Below are positions 20,095 to 29,521 of a stretch of 64,000 nt of DNA, one piece after another (within the stretch, counting starts at the first letter, position 1; every line of letters begins with the position of its first letter). The stretch comes from an uncultured Geminicoccaceae bacterium (lineage in GTDB: Bacteria; Pseudomonadota; Alphaproteobacteria; Geminicoccales; Geminicoccaceae). The stretch covers positions 2,429-66,428 of the forward strand of contig CAZGUW010000001.1 of the NCBI GenBank assembly GCA_964528705.1. Direction: 5' to 3'. A program made the translations under genes and the position numbers. The notes beneath the pieces are model-generated. The model did no database searches, was not told the origin of the DNA, and saw nothing but the letters and a program-made list of their open reading frames with translations.

Positions 20095-21852
20095 ATGGAT
20101 GCCGAACGCACGACCCGTCGCCTCGCGGCCATCCTCGTCGCGGATGTGGTCGGCTACTCGCGCCTCATGGCCGAGGATGAGACCGCGGCGCTGGCAGCGC
20201 TGAACCGGCACCGCATGGACGAGTTCGACCCGGCCGTGGCGCGGCACAACGGCCGGATCGTCAAGCTGATGGGCGACGGCACGCTCGTCGAGTTCAGGAG
20301 CGTCGTCGACGCCGTCGCCTGCGCCGTCGCCATCCAGACCGCCGCCGCGGCGCCCGGCAACAGCCCGGCCATGCCCCTGCGCATCGGGGTCAATCTAGGC
20401 GACATCATCATCCAGGGCGACGACATCTACGGCGACGGCGTGAACATCGCAGCCCGCCTGGAGCCGCTGGCGGCACCCGGCGGGGTGTGCATCTCGTCGG
20501 TCGTCAACGAGAGCCTGCGCGATCGCGTCGACACCGTCTTCGTCGACGGCGGCGAGGTTGCGGTCAAGAACATCGCCCGGCCGGTCAGGGTCTGGCACTG
20601 GCATCCAAAGGACGGAACGGTGCCGGCGGCCGCCGTGGCCCCGCCCGCACGGGCCAGCGAGGGCCGGTCGATCGCGGTCCTGGCGTTCGCCAACATGTCG
20701 GGCGACGCCGCGCAGGAATATTTCTCCGACGGCATCGCCGAGGACATCATCACCGATCTGAGCAAGGTGGCGGGGCTCCTGGTGATCGCCCGCAATTCCA
20801 GCTTCGCCTACAAGGGGAAGTCCGTCGATCTGCGCGAGGTCGGCCGCGAGCTTGGCGTCGGCCACGTGCTCGAAGGCAGCGTGCGCCGTGCCGGCGGTCG
20901 GGTGCGCATCACGGCGCAGCTGATCGACACCGTCACCGGCGGCCATCTCTGGGCCGACCGCTACGACCGCGAGCTCACCGATGTCTTCGCCGTCCAGGAC
21001 GAGGTCACGCTGAAGATCGTGGAAGCCCTCAAGGTCAGGCTCTCGCCCGCCGAAAGGGCGGACATCGCCGCCACCGGCACGACCAGCCTGGAGGCGCATG
21101 ACAGTTTCCTGCGCATGCGCAACCTGATCTTCTCGCCGGGCCTGACACCCGCCCTCTGGCAGCGCGGCATTGCCGAGGGGCTGCGCGCCATCGAGCTGGA
21201 CCCGGCCTACGTGCAGGCCCGCGCACTCACCTCGATCTGCCACTGGCTGGACTTCCACAACGGCTGGTCGGGCAATCCGCCGGAGGTCGTGGCGGCCAGG
21301 GCCCAGGCGCTTGCCGATCGCGCCATCGAGCTCGATCCGGCGGACCCGTTCGCCAACCATGCGATCGCCGTGGCAGCGAGATGGCAGGGCGACTACGACC
21401 GCGCGGCCGAGGCCATCGACCGGACGCTGGCGAAGAACCCCGACTATGCGCTCGGCCTCTTCACCCGCAGCGAAATAGCGCTGGCGGCGGGGCGGCACAC
21501 CGATGCCATCGCCGATCTCGAGCACGCCACGCGCGTCGATCCCGCCTGGTCCCACCAGTATCTGCAGAACATGGGCATGGCGCATCTGCTGCTCGGCCAT
21601 GTCGAGACCGCCGCGCTGATCTTCCGCGAGCGCCTGCTCCTGGCCAGGGACACCGATATCGGCCGTGCCTGGCTGGCCTCGGCGCTCGGCCATCTGGGCG
21701 AGATCGAGGAGGCACGGCGCATGTGGGCCGAGCTGCTCGAGATCAACCCGTCCTTCTCGATCGAGCAGCGTCTGGCACGGCAGAAATTCGCGCGGCAGGC
21801 CGATACCGACCAGGTGATGGCGGGCCTGGCCAGGGCGGGGCTGCCCGGCTGA
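20095..21852 (+). CDS. Adenylate/guanylate cyclase (class III) fused to a TolB-N-like linker and TPR repeats
   Basis: RRLAAILVADVVGYSRLM...IVKLMGDGTLVEF...LRIGVNLGDIIIQGDDIYGDGVNIAARLE is the cyclase domain. It is followed by SIAVLAFANMSGD...YFSDGIAEDIITDLSK and TPR-like repeats. 585 aa. Confidence 0.85.
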   Translation: MDAERTTRRLAAILVADVVGYSRLMAEDETAALAALNRHRMDEFDPAVARHNGRIVKLMGDGTLVEFRSVVDAVACAVAIQTAAAAPGNSPAMPLRIGVNLGDIIIQGDDIYGDGVNIAARLEPLAAPGGVCISSVVNESLRDRVDTVFVDGGEVAVKNIARPVRVWHWHPKDGTVPAAAVAPPARASEGRSIAVLAFANMSGDAAQEYFSDGIAEDIITDLSKVAGLLVIARNSSFAYKGKSVDLREVGRELGVGHVLEGSVRRAGGRVRITAQLIDTVTGGHLWADRYDRELTDVFAVQDEVTLKIVEALKVRLSPAERADIAATGTTSLEAHDSFLRMRNLIFSPGLTPALWQRGIAEGLRAIELDPAYVQARALTSICHWLDFHNGWSGNPPEVVAARAQALADRAIELDPADPFANHAIAVAARWQGDYDRAAEAIDRTLAKNPDYALGLFTRSEIALAAGRHTDAIADLEHATRVDPAWSHQYLQNMGMAHLLLGHVETAALIFRERLLLARDTDIGRAWLASALGHLGEIEEARRMWAELLEINPSFSIEQRLARQKFARQADTDQVMAGLARAGLPG

Positions 21853-21908
21853 AAAGCACCGTTGCCGTAACCAACGCGAGAACTGTCCCGGCCCTTTGAA
21901 AGCATCAA

Positions 21909-21936
21909 TTGACACCGCCATGGACGCCCCCATAAC
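21909..21936 (+). promoter_or_regulatory. Candidate sigma70-type promoter for the DUF3015 gene (TTGACA-N16-CATAAC)
   Basis: A perfect -35 hexamer TTGACA at 21909-21914, a 16-nt spacer, then CATAAC at 21931-21936, about 35 nt upstream of the start codon. Pattern match only. Confidence 0.4.
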
Positions 21937-21971
21937 TGGCGGTTGCCAGACGGCAATATATGGAGATGACC

Positions 21972-22466
21972 ATGACCAAGATCGTACTCCCGGTTCTCCT
22001 GGGAATTGGGCTGACCATAGGCCTCGCTCAGGTGCAGGATGTTCGCGCCGACAGCACGGGCTGCGGTCTCGGCACGACCGTCTGGAAGGGCGAGTCCGGG
22101 GTCGGCCCTCAGGTCCTGGCGGTCACCACCAACGGCACGTCGGGCAACCAGACCTTCGGCATCACCTCCGGCACGCTCGGCTGCGAGCAGAACGCCACGA
22201 TCGCCTCGGTCGAGGTCCGCAACCTGACCGTCGCCAATCTCGACAACCTGGCCACCGACATGGCCCGGGGCGAGGGCGAGACGCTGACCTCGCTGGCGAC
22301 CGCCATGCAGGTCGAGCCCCAGGACCAGCCGGTCCTCTTCGCCGCCTTCCAGGAGAACTTCACGCGGATCTTCCCGTCCGACGACACGTCGGCCGAGCAC
22401 GTCCTCGTCACCATGCGCGAGGTGATGACCGAGAACGACGTGCTGGTGCGCTACGTCGACGTCTGA
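21972..22466 (+). CDS. DUF3015 family secreted protein
   Basis: A signal peptide, then GCGLGTTVWKGESGVGPQVLAVTTNGTSGNQTFGITSGTLGC and DNLATDMARGEGETL, the DUF3015 hallmarks as I recall them. The ORF starts at 21960. GGAG at 21962-21965 favours ATG 21972 (MTKIVLPVLL). Confidence 0.75.
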   Translation: MTKIVLPVLLGIGLTIGLAQVQDVRADSTGCGLGTTVWKGESGVGPQVLAVTTNGTSGNQTFGITSGTLGCEQNATIASVEVRNLTVANLDNLATDMARGEGETLTSLATAMQVEPQDQPVLFAAFQENFTRIFPSDDTSAEHVLVTMREVMTENDVLVRYVDV

Positions 22467-22529
22467 AACCCTTCGCCAGCCATAGCCCGGCATCCGGCGG
22501 CTTCCCCGGCTGCCGGGCTCGGCAAACAC

Positions 22530-22568
22530 GGGCCGGACCGGGCGTCATCGGTCCGGCCCGATGCTTTT
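22530..22568 (+). terminator. Stem-loop with weak U-tract after the DUF3015 gene (possible partial terminator or attenuator)
   Basis: GGGCCGGACC (22530-22539) and GGTCCGGCCC (22550-22559) form a perfect 10-bp stem around a 10-nt loop, followed by GATGCTTTTCGG. The T-tract is offset by 5 nt, so this is not a textbook terminator. A second hairpin (8-bp stem) lies at 22485-22518. Confidence 0.4.
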
Positions 22569-22581
22569 CGGTAGCCCGCAC

Positions 22582-24507
22582 ATGAGAGCCCTCCGGCTGC
22601 CGTTTCTTCTGCTGGCGGCGTGGGCAGGGATCCCCGAAGCGCGGGCCGATGCGGCCTATCTCGACGATCTGATCGCCAGCGCCGAGGCCCAGGGCCTCGC
22701 CACCGCCCCGGCCTGGCAGACCCTCGGCCACTACCGGCCGGCATGGCTGGGCCAGGGCCAGGAAAGCCTCATCGACAGCGAGAGCTTCTTCCTCGCGGCT
22801 GACGGCAAGCGCGACCCCGCAAGCGAGCTCGAGGCGACCCTCGCCGCCTTCTTCGCCCCGGCCGAACCGGGCCGCGACGCAGACCTCCAGCACCCGCAAT
22901 GCCGCTTCATCGCCCGTTACCGATGGCTGAAGGAGCGGCTGGACTTCGACCCGGCCCGCCTGCCCGAACAGGCCTGCACCGAGTTCGACGCCTGGCTTTC
23001 GACCATCGACGCCACCAGCGTGACGCTGATCTTCCCGGCCGCCTACCTGAACAACCCGGCCTCGATGTTCGGCCACACGCTCCTGCGCTTCGACCGGCCG
23101 GACCAGACCGAGGAGACACGGCTCCTCTCCCACGCCGTCAATTACGGCGCCTGGACCGGGACCGACAACGGCGTCCTCTTCGCCGTGCTCGGCCTCACCG
23201 GTGGCTACGCGGGGACCTATTCCGTCGAGCCCTATTATGAGCTTGTCAAACGCTACAGCGACCTCGAGAACCGCGACATCTGGGAGTACCAGCTCGACTT
23301 CTCGCCCGCCGAGGTGGAGCGGATGCTCGCCCATCTCTGGGAGCTGCAGGACCAGCACAGCGACTACTACTTCTTCGACGAGAACTGCTCCTACCAGCTG
23401 CTCTTCCTCCTCGACGCCGCCCGGCCCGAGCTCGACCTCGTCGGCGATTTCGACCTGCACGTCATCCCCGCCGACAGCGTGCGCTCGGTGATGCAGCGCG
23501 AGGGCCTGCTCCGGCACACCGTCTTCCGGCCCTCAGGCGAGACCAGGTTGCAGCTGGGCCTCGCCGCCATGCCGCCTGCCGACCGGCAGCTGGTGCGGGA
23601 GCTCGCCGCGGGGCGGCTCACGCCCAAGGAAGCGGCGGCGACGGCGGACCTGCCCCCGGCGCGCCTCGCCGCCGTGCTCGAGCTCGCCGAGGCATCGGTG
23701 ACCCACGAGCTGCGCGCCGGCGATCTCGGACGCGACGTCGCCGCCCCGCGCGCTTGGTCCCTGCTCGCCGCCCGGAGCCGGATCGCGGAGACGGCCGACC
23801 GGCCGCCCGTGCCCGTGCCGGCGACCCGCCCGGACCAGGGCCACGGCTCCGCACGCGTCGCCGCCGGCATCGGCGTGCGCGACGGCGACGTCTTCGAGGC
23901 CCTGCGCCTCCGTCCCGCCTATCACGACAACCTCGACCCCGCCGGCGGCTTCGCCCGGGGTGCGGCCATCGAGGCGCTCGACATCGAGCTTCGCCACTAC
24001 CAGTACGACAACTCGCTGGTGCTCGACCGCTTCACCGCCGTCCGCATCAGCTCGCTGACGCCGCGGGACGAGCTGATCCGCCCGATCTCCTGGCGGCTCG
24101 ATTTCGGCCTCGAACGGATGCGGGTCGAGCGGGGCGACACGAAAGGTGCCCTCGTCGGTGTCGCCGAGGGCGGGGCCGGGCTCAGCTACGGACTCGGCCA
24201 GCAGGGCGTCTGGTCGGCCATGGCGGATCTCGGCCTGAGTGGCGGCGAGGACTGCGACCGCACCTGCAGCCTGAATGTCGGCCCCGCCCTGTCGCTGCTC
24301 TGGCCGATCACCGGCCGGGCCACCTTCACCGCCAGCGGCCGCTACCAGCTCCGCTTCGGCGAGCGCGTCCACAACGGCTACGAGCTTCGCCTCGGCCAGA
24401 GCTACGGCCTCACCGCCGATCTCGCCCTGCGGGTCGAGCTCGCGCTCGAGGACCAGGGCGGCGGCATGCAGCCGGAGATCCTCTCCACCCTCAACTGGTA
24501 CTTCTGA
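22582..24507 (+). CDS. DUF4105 (Lnb-like) domain protein with a C-terminal beta-barrel-like domain
   Basis: ORF 22561..24507. MRALRLPFLLLAAWAGIPEARA from ATG 22582 is a clean signal peptide. Core motifs are QHPQCRFIARYRWL and TLIFPAAYLNNPASMFGHTLLRF (DUF4105). The C-terminus has alternating beta-strand patterns and ends ...STLNWYF. Confidence 0.75.
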   Translation: MRALRLPFLLLAAWAGIPEARADAAYLDDLIASAEAQGLATAPAWQTLGHYRPAWLGQGQESLIDSESFFLAADGKRDPASELEATLAAFFAPAEPGRDADLQHPQCRFIARYRWLKERLDFDPARLPEQACTEFDAWLSTIDATSVTLIFPAAYLNNPASMFGHTLLRFDRPDQTEETRLLSHAVNYGAWTGTDNGVLFAVLGLTGGYAGTYSVEPYYELVKRYSDLENRDIWEYQLDFSPAEVERMLAHLWELQDQHSDYYFFDENCSYQLLFLLDAARPELDLVGDFDLHVIPADSVRSVMQREGLLRHTVFRPSGETRLQLGLAAMPPADRQLVRELAAGRLTPKEAAATADLPPARLAAVLELAEASVTHELRAGDLGRDVAAPRAWSLLAARSRIAETADRPPVPVPATRPDQGHGSARVAAGIGVRDGDVFEALRLRPAYHDNLDPAGGFARGAAIEALDIELRHYQYDNSLVLDRFTAVRISSLTPRDELIRPISWRLDFGLERMRVERGDTKGALVGVAEGGAGLSYGLGQQGVWSAMADLGLSGGEDCDRTCSLNVGPALSLLWPITGRATFTASGRYQLRFGERVHNGYELRLGQSYGLTADLALRVELALEDQGGGMQPEILSTLNWYF

Positions 24508-25346
24508 TGGCGCGGGTATGCCGCTTCGCCGCCCTCGCCCTGCTCCTGGCACTCGGCGCCTGCACCGGCTTCTTCTTCCAGCCGATGAAGCAGCATGTCT
24601 TCGACCCGGCGAGCATCGGCTTCACCTATCGGGACGTCGACTTCCGGGCCACCGACGGCACGGCCCTGCATGGCTGGTACTTCCCGGCCGAGGCCAAGCA
24701 GGAGGGCAGCGTCCTCTTCCTCCACGGCAATGCCGAGAACATCAGCACGCACTTCGCCAATGTCGCCTGGCTCGCAAAATCGGGCTTCGCCGTTTTCGTC
24801 TTCGACTATCGCGGCTACGGCCGCTCCGCCGGCAGCCCCGATCTCGACGGTCTGCACCAGGACGTCGCCGCCGCCATGGATGCCCTGCTGCGTCAGCCGG
24901 AGACCGACCCGGAGAGGATCGCCGTCATCGGCCAGAGCCTCGGCGCGGCACTGGCGCTGACCGCCATGGCGGCGAGCCCGATGAAGGACCGCCTGAGGGC
25001 TCTTGTCATCGAGGGCGCCTTCACGGGCTACCCGGAGATCGCGCGGGAGAAGCTCGCCGGCTTCTGGCTCACCTGGCCGCTGCAGCAGCCGCTGGGCTGG
25101 ACCATCGACGGCCGCTACCGCCCGCTCGAGGCGGCGGCCGAGATCGCGCCCGTGCCGCTCCTGGTCATTCTGGACGAGGCCGACACCATCATCCCGCCGC
25201 ACCACGGCGAGGCGCTGTTCGCCGCCGCCGGCGAGCCAAAAACCCTGTGGCGCCTGCCGGGATCGGGCCACATCCAGGCCTTTGCGACCGTCGGCAACCG
25301 GAAGAGGCTGGTCGAGTTCCTCCAGGCCGTCATGCCGGCGCCTTGA
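24507..25346 (+). CDS. Alpha/beta-hydrolase lipoprotein
   Basis: ATG 24507 overlaps the upstream TGA (ATGA-type coupling). Lipobox LLLALGAC, nucleophile elbow VIGQSLGAALAL, then HG...GSGH. It is the last 279 codons of ORF 23754..25346. Confidence 0.85.
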   Translation: MARVCRFAALALLLALGACTGFFFQPMKQHVFDPASIGFTYRDVDFRATDGTALHGWYFPAEAKQEGSVLFLHGNAENISTHFANVAWLAKSGFAVFVFDYRGYGRSAGSPDLDGLHQDVAAAMDALLRQPETDPERIAVIGQSLGAALALTAMAASPMKDRLRALVIEGAFTGYPEIAREKLAGFWLTWPLQQPLGWTIDGRYRPLEAAAEIAPVPLLVILDEADTIIPPHHGEALFAAAGEPKTLWRLPGSGHIQAFATVGNRKRLVEFLQAVMPAP

Positions 25347-25359
25347 CGAAGCTGCTCCG

Positions 25360-26394
25360 CTAGCCGACCGCCTCCACCGGCCCGCCGGCCGCCTGCCAGG
25401 CACGGAAGCCGCCGGGGATGTGCGCCGTGTTCTTCACGCCGTGCTCGGCCGCGATCTCGACCGCCAGGGTGGATCGCTCGCCGACCGCGCAGTAGAGCAC
25501 GAGGCGCCCGTCCCGGCCGAGCCTCTGGAGCGGACCCGACGCGTCGCAGTACGAGGCGAACTGGCCATAAGGCAGGTGCATCGAGCCCGGGATCACCCCG
25601 TCGCGCCGCCGCTCGCTCTCCTCGCGGATGTCGATCAGTTGCCCGTCGACCGCGGGCCAGCCGGCCAGAAGCTCCTCGACCTCCAGCACCGGCACCCGGT
25701 GCTGCGCCTCGAGCCGGAGCCCGACCCGCAGGTTCTCGGGCACGGCGACGTCCATCATCTTCGGATTCGGCAGGTTCAGGTTGTTCATGATCTCGGCATA
25801 CTCGTCGGCCGAGCCGACCTGGAGGCGCGGGTTGTGGGCCCGCTCCTCGGCGATGGTGCTGACCGTGTCGCCCTTGTAGTCGTGCGCCGGGTAGACGAGC
25901 GTCTGGTCCGGCAGCCTCAGCAGGCGGTCGAAGAGCGAATGGTACTGGTCATAAGGATCGCCGTTCTGGAAGTCGGTACGCCCCGTGCCACGGATCAACA
26001 GAGTGTCGCCGGTGAAGACCCGGTCGTCCATCAGGAAACTGTAGCTCTCGCTGGTATGACCGGGCGTGTGCAGCGCCCTGAGCGCAATCCCCTCGATGGT
26101 CAGCCGCTCGTTGTCACTCACCCGCATCGAGACCACGTCCGCTGGAGACTGCTCGCCCATCACCGTGACGCAGCGCGTGGCATCCCGCAGCCGGCCCATG
26201 GCGCTCACGTGATCGGCGTGGATATGCGTGTCGATCACCTTGACGAGCTTCAGGTCGAGCTCCTCGAGCAGCTTGAGATAGCGCCCCGTCTGCTCCAGCA
26301 CGGGGTCGATGAGCAGCGCCTCGCCGCCCGCCCGGCTCGCCATCAGGTAGGTGTAGGTGCTGGACGTCTTGTCGAAGAGCTGCCGAAAGAGCAT
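25360..26394 (-). CDS. Persulfide dioxygenase (ETHE1-type MBL fold) fused to a rhodanese domain
   Basis: MLFRQLFDKTSSTYTYLM ... IDTHIHADHVS ... LHTPGHTSESYSF ... GDTLLIRGTGRTDF is the PDO part. The C-terminal rhodanese has the active-site loop LYCAVGERS. It is the last 344 codons of the 1000-aa ORF 25360..28362. Confidence 0.85.
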   Translation of the reverse strand: MLFRQLFDKTSSTYTYLMASRAGGEALLIDPVLEQTGRYLKLLEELDLKLVKVIDTHIHADHVSAMGRLRDATRCVTVMGEQSPADVVSMRVSDNERLTIEGIALRALHTPGHTSESYSFLMDDRVFTGDTLLIRGTGRTDFQNGDPYDQYHSLFDRLLRLPDQTLVYPAHDYKGDTVSTIAEERAHNPRLQVGSADEYAEIMNNLNLPNPKMMDVAVPENLRVGLRLEAQHRVPVLEVEELLAGWPAVDGQLIDIREESERRRDGVIPGSMHLPYGQFASYCDASGPLQRLGRDGRLVLYCAVGERSTLAVEIAAEHGVKNTAHIPGGFRAWQAAGGPVEAVG

Positions 26395-26559
26395 GGCGCG
26401 TTTCTCCCTCCTGACGCTGGCCAACGCGGGCATTCTAGCACAGGCACGCGCCGCTTCCGCGCCGCCATGTCGTGCGCCTGAGCCCTTAAGATGATAAGCG
26501 GGATGCCGTCGCAGCATGGCCGGCCGTCGGTGGGGCGGCATGGATGAAATGGATCCCGC

Positions 26560-27282
26560 ATGCCGATCACGATCCTCGCCGAGATGCGCCTCATCGAGAT
26601 CGTCGCACCCGCCGTCTTCCTCGCCTGCTGGATCGGCTATTGGGGATTTGCCGACGAGCTGCGGCTGGGCAACCGCTCCTTGATGCGGCGCATGCACGAG
26701 TTTCGTCGCGCCTGGCTCATGCAGATGCTGGTGCGCGACAACCGGATCGTCGACGTCCAGGTGGTCCAGGTGCTGGTGCACAACGTCTCGTTCTTCGCCT
26801 CGTCCGCCATCCTCATCGTCGGCGGCTTCGTCGCCGTGCTCGGGGCGAGCGAGCAGGCGCGGGCGATCGTCGCCGAAATTCCCTTCGCCGAGGATCCGAG
26901 CGCCTTGATCTGGGACCTGAAGGTCCTGCTCTTGATCGTGATCTTCGTCTACGCCTTCTTCAAATTCACCTGGTCGCTCCGGCTCTTCAATTACGTGGCG
27001 ATCCTCATCGGCGCCGCGCCGGCCGGGCAGTCGCCGGAGAACATCGCCATGGCCGAGCAGATCGCGCTGGTCGCCGATCGTGCCACCGACCATTTCAACC
27101 GGGCGATGCGCGCCTTCTATTTCGGCCTCGCCGCCCTCACCTGGTTCATCCAGTCCTGGCTCTTCATCCTGGTCTCGGTGCTGGTCGTCGTCATCATCTA
27201 CCGGCGCGAGCATCGCTCGACCGTGCTCAATGTCCTCGGCCCGGTCGGCGGCGCCATTCCCGGGACGCCGGAAAACCCTTAG
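26560..27282 (+). CDS. DUF599 family membrane protein
   Basis: ORF 26560..27282. [30 protein letters not shown] ... [12 protein letters not shown] ... [10 protein letters not shown] fits the DUF599 pattern, with multiple TM helices. Confidence 0.75.
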   Translation: MPITILAEMRLIEIVAPAVFLACWIGYWGFADELRLGNRSLMRRMHEFRRAWLMQMLVRDNRIVDVQVVQVLVHNVSFFASSAILIVGGFVAVLGASEQARAIVAEIPFAEDPSALIWDLKVLLLIVIFVYAFFKFTWSLRLFNYVAILIGAAPAGQSPENIAMAEQIALVADRATDHFNRAMRAFYFGLAALTWFIQSWLFILVSVLVVVIIYRREHRSTVLNVLGPVGGAIPGTPENP

Positions 27283-28277
27283 CCGGCCGGCTCCAGCGAG
27301 CTCAGGATCTCCGCCGCGATCTCGAAGGAGCGCAGCCTGGCGGCGTGCTCGTGGATCTGGCCGGTCAGGATCAGCTCGTCCGGCCGGTAGCGGGCGACCA
27401 GCTCCGAAAGGCGACGGCGAACCGTGTCGGGTGCACCAACCGCCGCGATGCTCAGCGCCTGGTCGGCCGAAGCCAGGGCGAAGGGGTCGAGGTGCTCTTC
27501 CACATGCTCGACCGGCCGCGGCAGCTGGCCCGGCCGGCCGGTGCGCAGGTTGACGAAGGCCTGCAGCATGGAGCTGCGCAGATAGTGCCCCTCGGCGTCG
27601 CTGGCGGCGGCGAAGACGTTGACCGCCAGCATGAAGCGCGGCTGCTGCAGCTGCGCCGAGGGCCGGAAGGTCTGGCGATAGACGGCGACCGCCTGATCGA
27701 GCGCGGCCGGGGCGAAGTGCGAGGCGAAGGCGTAAGGCAGCCCCAGATGCGCCGCGAGTTGCGCCCCGTAGAGGCTGGAGCCCAGGATCCAAAGAGGCAC
27801 CTCGGTGCCCGTCCCGGGGTTCGCCTTGACGGTCTGGCCGGGCTGCTCCGGGCCCAGATAGGCCATGAGCTCCATCACGTCGCGCGGGAAGTCGTCGCCG
27901 CCGTCGAGATGGCGGCGGAGAGCGCGGGCGGTCGCCATGTCCGTGCCGGGCGCCCGGCCGAGCCCGAGATCGATCCGCCCCGGATAGAGGGTCGCCAGCG
28001 TGCCGAACTGCTCGGCGATGACGAGCGGCGCATGGTTCGGCAGCATGATGCCGCCGGAACCGACCCGGATGCGCGAGGTGCCGGCCGCGATGTGGCCGAT
28101 CAGCACGGCGGTGGCCGCACTGGCGATGCCCGGCATGTTGTGATGCTCGGCGAGCCAGAAGCGGTGGTAGCCCCAGCGCTCCGCGTGCTGCGCCAGGTCG
28201 AGCGAGTTCCCGAGCGCGTCGCTGGCGGTGCTGCCCTGGGCAATCGGCGCGAGGTCGAGGATCGAGAAGGGGATCAT
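27279..28277 (-). CDS. LLM-class (luciferase-like) flavin-dependent oxidoreductase, YhbW-like
   Basis: [64 protein letters not shown]. The start at 28277 overlaps the upstream stop (ATGA). It is the last 332 codons of ORF 27279..28427. Confidence 0.85.
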   Translation of the reverse strand: MIPFSILDLAPIAQGSTASDALGNSLDLAQHAERWGYHRFWLAEHHNMPGIASAATAVLIGHIAAGTSRIRVGSGGIMLPNHAPLVIAEQFGTLATLYPGRIDLGLGRAPGTDMATARALRRHLDGGDDFPRDVMELMAYLGPEQPGQTVKANPGTGTEVPLWILGSSLYGAQLAAHLGLPYAFASHFAPAALDQAVAVYRQTFRPSAQLQQPRFMLAVNVFAAASDAEGHYLRSSMLQAFVNLRTGRPGQLPRPVEHVEEHLDPFALASADQALSIAAVGAPDTVRRRLSELVARYRPDELILTGQIHEHAARLRSFEIAAEILSSLEPAG

Positions 28278-29419
28278 GCGCCGGGGCTCGCCGAGGCGGG
28301 GCGCCAGCCGAGGCGACGGCGGGCCCGCTCGACCAGACGCGGGCGGTCCAGAACGCTGGCATCGACCGTCACGCCACGATTGCCGGCCCGGACATTGGCG
28401 AAGAACTGGCGCGCACTGGCCTCCCACGAGAAGCTGAGGGCATGCGCCCGGCAGCGCTCGCGCGGGATCTCCAGAGCACCCAGCGCCGCCCGGCGCAGAT
28501 CGTGGTCGAGCACGCCCGTGCCGGACGAGCCGACGATGGCGAGCGGCCCGGCCGTCGGGTAGGCGGCGATCGGCAGGCCCGAGGCGAGCGCTTCCAGCAG
28601 CACCATGCCGAAGGTGTCCGTTCGGCTCGGGAAGACGAAGACATCGGCCGAGGCATAGGCCCTGGCGAGGTACGCCCCGGTGAGTTTGCCGAAGAAGCGG
28701 GCATCGGGATAGGCCGCCTCGAGCTGGCGGCGCGCCGGCCCGTCGCCGATCACGAGCTTGGTGCCCGGCAGGTCGAGCCGGAGGAAGTCGTCGACGCTCT
28801 TCTCGATCGCGAGCCGGCCGACATAGAGGAAGACGGGCCCCTTGCAGGCGATTGCGGTCCGCCAGGCCGGGTCGAACTCGGCCGTGTCGACGCCCCGGCT
28901 CCAGGGGGTCACGTTGGCGAAGCCGTGCCGGACGAGCTCATCGCCGAGCGACTCGGTCGCGACCATGACGCCATTGCCGCCATTGTGGAACCAGCGCATC
29001 AGCCGCCACGTCCAGCTGGTCGGGATCGGCAGACGGGCGCGCACGTATTCCGGCAGGCGGGTGTGGAAGCAGGTCGTGAACGGCAGACCGTGACGAGCGC
29101 AGAGCCGCCGGGTCAGGATGCCGAGCGGGCCCTCGGTGGCGATGTGAATATGGGTCGGCGCCAGGTCCGCGATAAGCCGGGCGAGCCGGCCGGGCCGAAC
29201 CAGCGCCAGGCGGATCTCGGGATAGCTCGGCAGCGGCACCGAGCGAAAGTCCTGCGGCGTGACGAGCGTCACCTCCGCCCCCGAGTCAAGAGCGAACTCC
29301 ATCATCCGCTCGATCGAACGGACCACGCCGTTGAGCTGCGGGTACCAGGCGTCGGTCACGATCAGCAGACGTAGGACGTCCTTCTTCACAGGCAGGTTGC
29401 CTGCTTGCAGCTTCGTCAA
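28274..29419 (-). CDS. Glycosyltransferase family 4 (GT-B), SqdX/Agt-like N-terminus
   Basis: ORF 28274..29419. [22 protein letters not shown], and C-terminal [23 protein letters not shown] (the E-x7-E region). A lipid-glycosyltransferase role is only an inference. Confidence 0.85.
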   Translation of the reverse strand: MTKLQAGNLPVKKDVLRLLIVTDAWYPQLNGVVRSIERMMEFALDSGAEVTLVTPQDFRSVPLPSYPEIRLALVRPGRLARLIADLAPTHIHIATEGPLGILTRRLCARHGLPFTTCFHTRLPEYVRARLPIPTSWTWRLMRWFHNGGNGVMVATESLGDELVRHGFANVTPWSRGVDTAEFDPAWRTAIACKGPVFLYVGRLAIEKSVDDFLRLDLPGTKLVIGDGPARRQLEAAYPDARFFGKLTGAYLARAYASADVFVFPSRTDTFGMVLLEALASGLPIAAYPTAGPLAIVGSSGTGVLDHDLRRAALGALEIPRERCRAHALSFSWEASARQFFANVRAGNRGVTVDASVLDRPRLVERARRRLGWRPASASPGA

Positions 29420-29521
29420 TTCGTCCCCCGTTCGCGCCGGTTAAACGGTCGCTGCGCAATGTCGCCATCCTTCGCAACGACATAGCCCCTGCCACATGAA
29501 ATGACCATGCGGCGCAACCGT

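Noticed and set aside
25360-28362. A 1000-aa minus-strand ORF that would be a giant fusion protein.
   Set aside because: Only the last 344 codons (persulfide dioxygenase-rhodanese, from MLFRQLF at 26394) look coding. The upstream part runs antisense through the DUF599 gene and out of frame through the LLM gene, and is Arg/Pro/Ala/Gly low-complexity.
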